Below, piece by piece: positions 41,711 to 52,900 of a stretch of 64,000 nt of DNA (its first letter is position 1; the number at the start of each line of letters is the position of its first letter). Source of the stretch: the human T2T-CHM13v2.0 reference genome, Homo sapiens; the NCBI RefSeq assembly GCF_009914755.1, contig NC_060935.1; one strand, 5' to 3'. The translations under genes were made by a program, and so were the position numbers. A model generated the notes under the pieces. That model did not search any database. It was given only the letters and a program-made list of their open reading frames with translations, and was not told the origin of the DNA.

Positions 41711-42686
41711 TTTTTTTTATTATACTTTAAGTTCTAGGGTATGTGTCCACAACGTGCAGGTTTGTTAGATATGTATACATGTGCCATGTTGGTTTGCTGC
41801 ACCCATTAACTCGTCATTGACATTAGGTATTTCTCCTAACGCTATCCCTCCCCTAGCTCCCCACCCCACGACAGGTCCCAGTGGGTGATGTTCCCCTCCC
41901 TGTGTCCAAGTGTTCTCATTGTTCAATTCCCACCTATGAGTGAGAACATGCAGTGTATGGTTTTCTGTCTCTGCGATAGTTTGCTCAGAATGATGGTTTC
42001 CAGCTTCATCCATGTCCCTACAAAGGACATGAACTCATCCTTTTTTATGGTTGCATAGTCTGCACAGCAAAAGAAACTACCATCAGAGTGAACGGGAAAC
42101 CTACAGAATGGGAGAAAATTTTTGCAAGCTACTCATCTGACAAAGGGCTAATATCCAGAATCTACAAAGAATTTAAGCAAATTACAAGAAAAAATCAAAC
42201 AACCCCATCAAAAAGTGGGCAAAGGATATGAACAGACACTTCTCAAAAGAAAACATTTATACAGCCAACAGACACATGAAAAAAAAGCTCGTCAACACTG
42301 GGCATCAGAGAAATGCAAATCAAAACCACAATGAGATACCGTCTCACACCAGTTAGAAGGGCGATCATTAAAAAGCCAGGAAACAACAGGTGCTGGAGAG
42401 GATATGGAGAAATAGGAATGATTTTACACTGTTGGTGGGAGTATACACTGGTTCAAACATTGTGGAAGACAGTGTGGCAATTCCTCAAGGATCTAGAACT
42501 AGAAATACCATTTGACCCAGCGATCCCATTACTGGGTATATATCCAAAGGATTATAAATCATGCTACTATAAAGACACATGCACACGTATGTTTATTGTG
42601 GCACTATTCACAATAGCAAAGACTTGGAACCAACTCAAATGTCTATCGATGATAGACTGGATAAAGGAAATGTGGCACATATACAC
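41711..42686 (-). mobile_element. L1PA6-like element with 5' inversion (minus part 41711-~42059, plus part ~42060-42686)
   Basis: 14-bp TSD CAATAATTACTTTA (41697-710) / CAATAATTATTTTA (42687-700). Confidence 0.94.
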
Positions 42687-43000
42687 CAATAATTATTTTA
42701 AATGTAAATTGATTAATGTTCCTAGTCAAAAAATATAGAATAGCTCAATGGATAAAACATATGAACCACCTACATGCTATCCATGAAACTCACTCTGGAT
42801 ATAAGGACACACTTAGGCTGAAAGTGAAGTGATGAAAGAAGATAATCCACATAAAGGGTAACAAAAAGAAGCTGGGGCTATGCTTATATCAGACAAAATA
42901 CAATTTAAGTCAAAACTATCACACAAGACCAAAGAAAGCCATTATGTAATAATTAAAGGGTCAATTCAATTGGAAGATAAAACAGTTACAAATATACTTT

Positions 43001-43206
43001 CTTTTTTGTAGTATTGTGTCTCTCCATTATCTTTTTTAATTTCATTTTTAACTTTTAGGTTCAGGGCTACATGTGTAGGTTTGTTAATAAAGGTTAACTC
43101 GTATCACAGGGGTTTGTGTACAGATTATTTCATCACCCAGGTACTGATCATAGTACTCAGTAGTTATTTTTTCTGTTAATCTCCCTCCTCCTGCCCTCCA
43201 CTCTAG
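43001..43206 (-). mobile_element. Short L1PA13-16-like 3' end insertion
   Basis: ttttaggttcagggctacatgtgtaggtttgtt...tacagattatttcatcacccagg; TSD AAATATAyTTT at 42990-43000 and 43207-217. Confidence 0.85.
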
Positions 43207-43439
43207 AAATATATTTTTCCAGCAAACATCAGAGCACCTAAATATACTAAGCAAACACTGGCAGATCAGAAGGGAGCAATGGACAGAAATATAATAATAG
43301 TAGGAGATCTCAATATCCCACTATAAATAAACAATAGATCATCCAGAAAGAAAACCAATATAAGAACAGCACATGAACAACACTATGGACCAAATGGACC
43401 TAACATACATATACAGAACATTCTACCCAATAGTAGCAG

Positions 43440-43548
43440 TATACATGTATGTGTGTGTGTATATATATATATATATACGTCTATAGACATATATAGACGT
43501 ATATATATACATATATGTACATAGACGTCTATATATACATATATATAT
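43440..43548. repeat. (TG)/(TA)n low-complexity tract
   Basis: Directly visible. Confidence 0.9.
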
Positions 43549-44485
43549 TCTCCTCAAGTGTATATAGAACTTTCTCTAGAATACATTACATGCTATGTTA
43601 CAAGAGACAAAAGTCTTAACAAACTGAAGTAGACAGAAATCATTCCAAGTATCTTTTCTGAACAAAATAAAATAAACTAGAAATCAGTAACAAAAGAAAA
43701 ATGGGAAAATTTACAAACAGGTGAAAACTAAACAATATACTCTTGAACGAAGAAGATTGTATTTCAAAGGACATGAAAATGAAAGATACCAAAACTTATT
43801 TGATGTAGTAAAAGCAGTTCTAAGTGGGAAGATTATAGCAATAAATACTTATACTTAGCAAAAAGGAAAATCATAAGTATACAAATGAACTTTGCAGTTC
43901 TAGAAAGTAGAGAAGAACAAACTAAGCCTCAAGTTAGCAGAAAAAAAATAATAAAGATTAGGGAAGAAATAAACAAAATAGAAATCAAGAACAATGGAAA
44001 AAATGGCAAAGCTAAGAAATGTTTTTTTAATACAAATAAAATTGATAAACCCTTGGATAGGCTAACTGAAAAAAGAAAGAGAGAGAAGACTGAAATAAAA
44101 TTAGAAATATGAGAGAGACATTATAACTGTTGCCATAGAAATATAATTATAATAAAGCATTACTATGAATAATTATATGCCAATAAATTTGGTAAACTGG
44201 AAGAAATAGATAAATTCCTAGAAACATACAATCTATCAAGACTGAATCTATAACAAATAGAATCTACAAGAAACAGGAAAACCAATAACAAATAAGGAGA
44301 TTGAATCAGTAATCCAAAAACTTCCAACAAAGTAAATATCAGGACAAGATGTCTTCACAGGTAAATTCTAAAAAACTTTAAAAAATTAAAACACATTCTT
44401 CTTAAACTCTTCTAAATGATAGCAGAAAGAACACTTTCAAACTTATTTTATGAAGGTAGCATCATTCTGACACCAAAGTCAAAGA

Positions 44486-44487
<2 letters not shown>

Positions 44488-44527
<40 letters not shown>
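44488..44527. repeat. (CA)n microsatellite
   Basis: Directly visible. Confidence 0.97.
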
Positions 44528-44529
<2 letters not shown>

Positions 44530-47344
44530 CAAGCCCATCAATGTCCCTGATGAACATAGATGTAAAAATTCTCAACAACATTTTAACAAACAAAATTTCA
44601 CAGCACATTAAAAGTATTATACAAGGATTATACACTATGACCAAGTGGAATTTACCACTGGGTGCAAAGATGGTTGAACATACGTAAATCATATCAGTGT
44701 CATACAGAACATTAACAGAATGAAGAAAAAAAAATCACAGGATCATCTTAAAAGATGTGCAAAAAACATTCACCAAAATTCAACACTCCTTATTAATAAG
44801 AACCCTCAACAACTTTCATGTAGAAGAAACTTACCTCAACACAATAAAAATCATATAGAGAAGGCTTACAGCCTATAATTATGATCAATGATGAAAAACT
44901 GAAATATTTTCCTCTAAGTTCTGGAAAAAGCCAAGGATATCCACTTTTACCACTACTATTAAACACAATACTGGAAGTCCTAGCTAGATCATTTAGGCAA
45001 GAAAAAGAAATAAAAGTCATCTAAATTGAAAAGGGGAAAAATAACAGAGATATATTTATGGTTGACATAATCTTTTAGGTAAAAAACCCTATAAAGGCAC
45101 CATCAAAAAACTGTTAAGATTTAAGAAACAAATTCAGTAAAGGTGCAGAATCAATATAGAAAAATCAAATGTGTTTTTTAAATAAGTTAACAATAAACTG
45201 AGAGAAAAAGAAATTTAAAAACCAATCCCATTTACAATAGTATAAAAATAGTTAGGAATAAGTTTAAGCAAGGATCTAAAATATCTAAAATAGTTATAAG
45301 CGAAAAAGTATAAAATATTGACAAAAAAATTGAAGACACAAATAAATGAGAAGATAGTCCATGTTCATAGATTAGAACTGATATTGTAAAATTTTCATAC
45401 CACCCAAAGCAATCTACACTCTCAATACAACGCCTATGAAAATGTCAAAGGCATTTTTCACAGAAATAGAGCTATTGTCAAAATATTCAAACTACCCAAA
45501 GCAATCTACATTTTCAATATAATATGTATCAAAATTTAAAAAGGATTTTTCACAGAAATAGAAAAAACAATTTTAAAAATCCTAAAATTTATATGGAATC
45601 ATAAAAAAAACCTCTGCATAGCAAAGCAATCTTTAGCAAAAACAAAGCTGGGGACAACATACTACCTGACTTCAAAATATACTACACAGCTATACTAACC
45701 AAAACAGCATGGTCCTAGCATAAAAACAGAACATATAGACCAATGGAACAGAGAATCCAGAAATATACCCATGCATTTAGAATCAAGCTATCACTGACAA
45801 AGGTGTCAAGAGCACGCAATGGAATAAAAATATCCTCATCAATAAATGGAGTTAGAAAAACTGTATATTCACATGCACAGAAACAAAATTGGACCCTTAT
45901 CTCACTATATACAAAAATTAATTAAAGTAGATTAAAGACTTAAACTTAAGAACTGAAACCATGTAACTGGAAAAAAACTTCTTGACATTGGTCTAGGCAA
46001 TGATTTTTCATAAATAATCCCAAAACTACTCTTAACAAAAGCAAAAATTGACAAGTGGGATTGTAACAAGCTCAAAAACTTCTGCACAGCAATGGAAACA
46101 ATCAAAATGAAATGGTAACCTATGGAATGGGGGAAAATATTCACAAGCCATGTATCTAACAAAAGGCTAATATTTAAAATATATGAGGAACCCATACAAC
46201 CCCAAAGCAAAAACAAAACAAAACCAACCAACCAAAAACAAAAAAAAATAACCTGGTTTTAAAATGAGCAAAGGATTTGAATAGACATTTTTCCAAAGAA
46301 CACATATAACTGGTCCACAGGTGTATTAAAACAAAAAAAGCTCAACACCACTATTCATCAGGGAAATGTAAATGAAATCCACAATAAGATATTACCTCAC
46401 ATCTGTTATAATGGCTACTATAAAAAATATATTTTTTAAAAAAGCAGAATATAACGAACGTTGGCCAGGATGTGGAGAAAAGAGAACTCTGTTGCACTGT
46501 TTGTGGTAATGTTAATTGGTGCAGCTCCTAGGGAAAACAGTTTGAACGTTCCTCAAAAAATTGAAAATAGAATTGCTGTATTATTTGCCAACCCCACTTC
46601 TGGATGTGTTTTTTTTATAAAAAAAGAAATCAGAATCTCAAATAAATATCTGCACTCTCATAATCATTACAGCACTTTTGCAATAGTGAAGACATGGAAT
46701 CAATCTAAATGGTCATTGACAGAAGAGTGGATAATGAAAATATGGTATATACATACAATAAAATATTATTCAGCCTTAAAAAGAAGGCAATCCTGACATT
46801 TGTGACAATGTGGATGAACCCATAAGACATTATGCAAAGTGAAATAAGCCAGACACAGCAGGACAAATACTACATGTTTCAGTATTTATGAGGAACCTAA
46901 GACAGTCAAAGTGGTAGAAGCAGAGAGTAGAGTGGTGGTTGTCAGGGGACTGGTGAAGAGGGAAAGTGGGTAGGTATTAGTCTAAATGCAAAAAGTTTTA
47001 TTTATACAAGATGAATAAGTCCTAGAGAGCTACTATACAGCATAATGCCCATAGTTAATAATACTCTATTGTATGCTTAAAATTTTTCTAAGAGGATAGG
47101 AAATATATCTTAATATGTTATCACTAATATATTATTATTGATAAAAACGCAATATATGTGTGTTTTCATACATATATTGTGTGTATAATAATAATAAAGA
47201 ATCCAGGAGGAAACTTTTTGAGGTGATGGATATGTTTATGGCATAGATTGTGGTGATGATTGTATGGGTGCATACATACCTCCAAACTCATCAAGTTATT
47301 GGATGTGTATTAGTGGCTCAACATATGATTAAATGAACATAGAG

Positions 47345-47966
47345 ACTGTAAACTAGTTCAGCCATTGTGGAAGACAGTGTGGCGATTCCTCAGGGATCTA
47401 GAACTACAAATACCATTTGACCCAGCCATCCCATTACTGGGTATATACCCAAAGGATTATAAATTATGCTGCTATAAAGACACATGCACACGTATATTTA
47501 TTGTGGCATTATTCACAATAGCAAAGACTCGGAACCAAGCCAAATGTCCAACAATGATAGACTGGATTAAGAAAATGTGGCACATATACACCATGGAATA
47601 CTATGCAGCCATAAAAAAATGATGAGTTCATGTCTTTTGTAGGGACATGGATGAAGCTGGAAACCATCATTCTTAGCAAACTATTGCAAGGACAAAAAAT
47701 CAAACACCTTATGCTCTCACTCATAGGTGGGAATTGAACAATGAGAACCCATGGACACAGGAAGGGGAACATCACACACCGGGGTCCGTTGTGGGGTGGG
47801 GGGAGGGGGGAGGGATAGCATTAGGAGATATACTTAATGTTAAATGACGAGTTAATGGGTGCAGCACACCAACATGGCACATGTATACATATGTAACAAA
47901 TCTGCACGTTGTGCACATGTACCCTAAAACTTCAAGTATAATAAATAAATAAATAAATAAATAAAT
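47345..47966 (+). mobile_element. 5'-truncated L1PA4/5-like element with a (TAAA)n tail
   Basis: ORF2 C-terminus WKTVWRFLRDLEL...MEYYAAIK; G-rich 3'UTR; 14-bp TSD at 47331-44 and 47967-80. Confidence 0.95.
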
Positions 47967-48014
47967 AAACAAACATAGAGGTTCATTCAACATCTAAACA
48001 TAATTCTTTTTTTG

Positions 48015-48552
48015 AGATAGTTTTGAAAGCTAAACTAAAAACTACTTTTCCAAACTTCTTTGTAACTAGGGTTCTGAATGTAAAGTAGGTTTCATCCATC
48101 AGATGCATTTGCCCGAAATCTGAAGTCAGAGTTGAGACAGAAAGCATTTTTCTACTCTCTTTTGGCTGTGTCTATATAGGCACATGTGAGAAGAAGGTTC
48201 TCTGCAAAGGTACTCCTTGCCTAGCTTCCTGGATGGTTGGGAGATGCCTCTTGGACTCATTTCTCTTTTCCTGGTCTGCAGATAAAGGCTTATGTGTTCC
48301 ATAGTTTGGGTGTCTGCAATGGGGGAAGCAATGGTGGCAGGTTTTTGGGTATGGGACAGCTCCAGAGATAGCCCAGGATTGGTAGCTCCATTAAGGATCA
48401 GCTGGATTGTTTGAAAGTCTTTCCTGGAGGCCCAGTTTAGACTCTATTTCTATGTAATAAATTTTAAACCCCTGATTCCCTATGTTAAATCAATTTTTGC
48501 TTAAAATATCTAGAGTGTCACCTATTTTCTATATTTAATCTTGAGTGATACA
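48015..48552 (+). mobile_element. LTR33-like (ERVL) LTR
   Basis: actacttttccaaacttctttgtaactagggttctg...tgcttaaaatatctagagtg...tgagtgataca. Confidence 0.65.
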
Positions 48553-48829
48553 TTGAGTAATGGTCTCTACTTGTAAAAACACATTTCTAAGAATCCATCT
48601 TTCAATTCTCTTTCAGTGTGAGAGGGGAGTGTTATCAAAATCGTACCCCATTCATCCACAACAAAGATGTGGACCTGGGAGGTATGGGGACAGATCTATG
48701 GGAAGAATTCCACTACCACTGCACATAGTAGTCAGTGAACAAATTAGCAAATAAAAGATTTATGACCAACAATGCTTTTGATTATTTTTGGCTTCCTTGG
48801 GTTTCCTTCTCACTTTAATTAATCATTTA

Positions 48830-49460
48830 AAAAGCTCCTACTTTTGGAGTGCTTATTATATACCAGAAATGGTGATAGAAACTTTGACGAATTTTTTTCC
48901 AATCCTCATGAGATCTTTGTATGTACTTTTGTCCCTGTTTTAGTCATTTGTTTATTCAGATGAAGAATCCCAGGTTCAGAGAGGTAAGTCTTACCTCAAT
49001 TAACTCATTTTCATTCTCCTTTGCCTTTTATCATAGAAAAGCTTTGAAGATTCCATCACCTTTACTGGCAGAAAAAAATGCACTTGAAATAAGAAGACTT
49101 GGTGCACGTACTGTTCCAAGATTTCCTAGCAGTGGAATGTGGCACAATCACTCACATTTTCTTAACCTCCATTCACTCACCAGTAAAATGGGCACATTAG
49201 CATCTTACCTGACTATTGCACAGGTTCCTGCACAACTCCATAGCTCTTTAAACATCCACTAGAATGTTGGAAAGATTTAAAAATATATACATTGTCTAAG
49301 AGTAAACACAAGGGCAAGTCATTTAACCCCTTACATCCCTTACATCTATTTTCTCATCTAAATAATGGGTATGATGAGTGTAGCTCCCTCATTGTTGTGA
49401 GTGTTAAACAGAATAACATAATTGAAGTGCTTAGCACAGTTGCTGAATGCTAAGTACCAA
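48830..49460. mobile_element. Cluster of three MIR fragments in mixed orientation
   Basis: cagatgaagaatcccaggttcagagagg; cagtaaaatggg; ttttctcatctaaataatggg...gtgcttagcacagt. Confidence 0.7.
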
Positions 49461-49619
49461 ATAATTTTAGCTTTTATTTTTATTATGAATAACAAATCAT
49501 AAGTTTGTCTGAGGCATTTTATCCAAGTAGATTCCTCTACGTCCCTGTTCAACAGTTCAAGAGTATTTTAAAAGGAAAAAAAAATGTATTAGCTTTAGCA
49601 GTGCCCTGAGTATATTCAC

Positions 49620-49865
49620 CTGCCAGGAATAACTTGTATCCTGAAGTGGAGATGCAAAGCCTCCTGCCAGTTGGCCCTATGCTCTGTTTGGAAAGCTGCT
49701 TTCTCCCTGTCCTCTTGGCTCTGAGGTGGATAAGTAGATTTTCCATCCTTTGGTCAGTGCCAATGACTCGGGCCAAAGGAACAGATGTGAAGTGCAGCCC
49801 TCCAAGAGCGAAGTCTGGTCAGATGAAAACTTTTCCTAGGACAGCTTTTTTCATGCCTGGCCTCA
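49620..49865 (-). other. Candidate 246-nt exon of an unknown transcript
   Basis: ctctcatccattcttctgcttgccag|TGAGG...CTGGCAG|gtgaat. Confidence 0.25.
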
Positions 49866-50734
49866 CTGGCAAGCAGAAGAATGGATGAGAGACAGCAGCC
49901 ATATGCCAGACCCATGGCAGACACTCGGCAATTACAAATGCTTTGCAAGGTAACTTTTTGTTTGCCTGTTTCTTTTAAGCCAGTAAGGGATCTGAAGGCT
50001 ATATAAAATCACAGTAAAACCCATGCCTAAGTGGGCATGAAATAGATCCCTGAGTGGGTATTTGGGTAGAATGTCTGATTGACTAATCTAGCAACCTAGT
50101 CTGAGAACCAGTCACTTATTTACAATGGAACAGGTTTTGTAGGTAGCACTTGGCATAGAACTCATATTTTTTTCATGCCAACATCTCTCCCGTCAACCAA
50201 ACTACTGAGAAGAGACAGGTCTGTTCTAGGAAGAGGCATTAGGCATGTTTGTGGGATACAAGAAGGAACCTCCTTGAGGCCAAGGGTTGCACAAGAAGTA
50301 GGAACAAGTAAGCCACAGAAACATCTAACACTATAGAAATATAATCACTAAGGACTTTGTATTTCAAGTCCAAAGCTCAAGCAACTGTAGATAGAGAAAT
50401 TCAGATCTTTTTTTTCAATCAGTTTGTCAGCTTTAGTAAAGAAAGTCCAACGAGAGGTAATACAGAATATAGTCAATGATCAAAGACTTTTAAGAAACTG
50501 TGCTGCAACAAGACAGGAGTGTTTCCCTTAGATTATCTGGGCTATGGAATGCTCCAGTTCCCTTATAAGGGGATAGTGGAGTGAGGATACAAATCATAGT
50601 ATTTGGTGGTAGTCATTTTTTAAATTTTTCTTTTTATGTATGTATATGTATACCTGCTCAATTTGCTGTAAAATGCATCTAGTTATTCAGTAACATTATT
50701 ATCAGGCCTTTGGAGGCTTTTTACATAGTCCTAA

Positions 50735-51224
50735 TGATGCCAGACAGGTGAACCCCAAAGTGGCGCTTAGCCCGTGATGGTTCTTGGCTTTGCTCAGGAA
50801 GGAATTCAAGAGCAAGGCAGAGGAAGGAGAAACAGCTTTATTGAAGAGGCAGTGTTACAACTTTGTGACTGCTCCTGTAGAGCAGGGCTACCTCTCACAG
50901 GCAGAAGGTAGCATCTCAGGGAAGTTTTGCAGTCATATTTATATCACTTTTAATTACATGTAGATTAAGGGGGTGGTTTACAAAGAAATTTCTAGGAAAG
51001 GGGTAGTAACTTTTGGGCCATTTGGTTGTTGTCATGGAAAGGGGCAGGTGTTGCCTGCCAACTCCCGGGTGTTGCTGTGGCAATGGTAAACTGACATGGC
51101 AAAATGGTGGGTGTGTCTTATGGAAAGCTGCTTCTGCTCCATCCCTGTTTTAGCTAGTCCTCAATTTGGTCTGGTGTCCAAGCCCCCCCTCCAGGTTCTA
51201 GTCCCACCTCCATCTCCCACCTCA
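50735..51224 (-). mobile_element. MER66-like (ERV1) solo LTR
   Basis: TG...CA ends; tttagctagtcctcaatttggtctggtgtcc; reverse AATAAA (tttatt) at ~50837; 4-bp TSD CTAA/TTAA. Confidence 0.8.
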
Positions 51225-51769
51225 TTAACATAAAATAATTCCTCCCAGATTTCACAAAAAAGTACATGAACCAGTTATACCCAAAGGGCAGTTTAGAGTC
51301 AGGATTCTTATGCCCAGAGTGCAAGATCTTGCAGAACAAGCTTTTAAATTAGGCTCATTTTTTGCTTGAGTGGTATACAAGTTACAGAAATTTTCTGGTG
51401 TCTAATTTTCCCTTGAGTTTTCTGGGTTCTTGAGCTTCTGTGTGTACTTTTCTATGGCATTCTCCAAAGCCCCAGCTAAACAAGATTTTTATCAATTTAT
51501 TAAGTATATACACAGTTCTGGGTATTCTGAAAGAAACATTGAACTTAGTCATTCCAAAAAGCAAGTCATTCCTTGTTGAGATGAAGTTAGTTCAAACCCA
51601 GCCTCAGTTCCCTGCTGCCCTCTGTTGATAAGGCAAAGAGCAAGTGGATCACAGCTGAATGATATAGGGGTCTAGCATTTCCCACGGAAGCAAATGAGGT
51701 AGGGAAAGAAAATGATATACTGCTCCAAGGAGCAGTCTGTTGGATGTGAAGGAGGAAATCGGGAATTAA

Positions 51770-52900
51770 CATTTTTTGAGAGACTACATTATAATAGGAC
51801 TATCTTAGTTAAACATGCCATATCATTGAATTGTCAAACAACACTGAAGCTACATATTTTTATTCTCATTTGACACAGGGAGGAGCTAGCACTCAAAGTG
51901 TGCAGTAATTTTCCCAAAGTCACATGGGCAGCAAATGGAAGAATAAGAGCTTGATTCTTCCTGGATTTCAGAGTTCCCTAACTACTAAGTCCTTCCAGGT
52001 CTGAAGTCAGATTTGTTTCTTCCGTTTCTTGACCCTCTACCTAATCAGTAACTCCAACAACCAACAGAGTTGCCTATGTTGGGATCTCTCCTGCTGACCT
52101 CTCATAATTGCTCTTATCTAGGTTTCCTTCCCCATTTCCATTACTGTAGATCACTGACCATATCCTGAACTACTTGAGTCACCTCCTGCTCCCTCTTCCC
52201 ACTGCTGGTTTTCACTAACAGCTACTATATATGGTGCTGCAAGATTAATCTTCCTAAGGTCAATTTGATACTTTCACTCCATAATGTAAAAAAGAAATCA
52301 GTGGTTCTTCATTGTATTTTTAATCATGATTATTCTCCATAACCTGGCATTTAAGGCCTTCTATAATATGGTCACAGCATATGCTCCAAGTCTAACCTCC
52401 AGCCAAGAGCTTATACCAAAGTATACATTGTTCAAATAAGAGATGAATACTCGTTAAATAATCCTTGCATTTGGATTTTGCTCATGCTGTTATCTCCATA
52501 AGGGTTACTTTCCCCTATTTTCACCTATGTAAAAAATAGTGCTCCTTTGAGGTCCATCTCAAATGCTACTTTCTCTGTAAGCAATTCTTGATACTCCCAA
52601 TCAAATAATACTTTGCTTTTATGGACCTATCCTCCTCTGTGCTGGACAGTGAAAGAGAAAGCAAATTGAAGTTAACTGTGCACTAAATTTGTATTTGCAG
52701 CTTTACACATCTAATCTCATTTAATCATCTACATTAATTTAATAGGATCTGTGATAGTGTCTCTACATTCTACAGATGAGGAAACTGGTACCCAGAGACA
52801 CTAATATTTTTCCCAGTTTCCTAAAGTTAATAAGCAATGGAGTGAGAATAAAATCCAGGGCAACTAATTTCAATGTTGTAATCTTTTCTCTATTCTACAT
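51770..52900. mobile_element. MIR (-), L2 (+), MIR (-) fragments
   Basis: MIR cores at ~51865 and ~52770 (tacagatgaggaaact); L2 motifs ctggcatttaaggccttc and catctcaaatgctactt. Confidence 0.7.

Larger units (their letters stand above)
39605..47310 (+). mobile_element. Near full-length old LINE-1 (L1MA9/10-like): 5'UTR, ORF1 (~40250-41160), inter-ORF, degenerate ORF2 and 3'UTR; interrupted by two L1PA insertions and microsatellites
   Basis: ORF1 remnant (RHALKHFIIKLSKV), ORF2 remnants (NKIDKPLDRL, KTWNQSKWS) and 3'UTR gaggtgatggatatgtttatggcatagattgtggtgatg. Confidence 0.88.

Noticed and set aside
47781-47815. G-quadruplex-forming G-runs (also the C-rich mirror at ~36410-36432)
   Set aside because: This is a standard feature of every L1PA 3'UTR and is not locus-specific.
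48960-48990. Micro-exon-like cag|ATGAAG...GAGAG|gtaagt
   Set aside because: It derives from the antisense MIR core, which commonly mimics splice sites, and has no other support.
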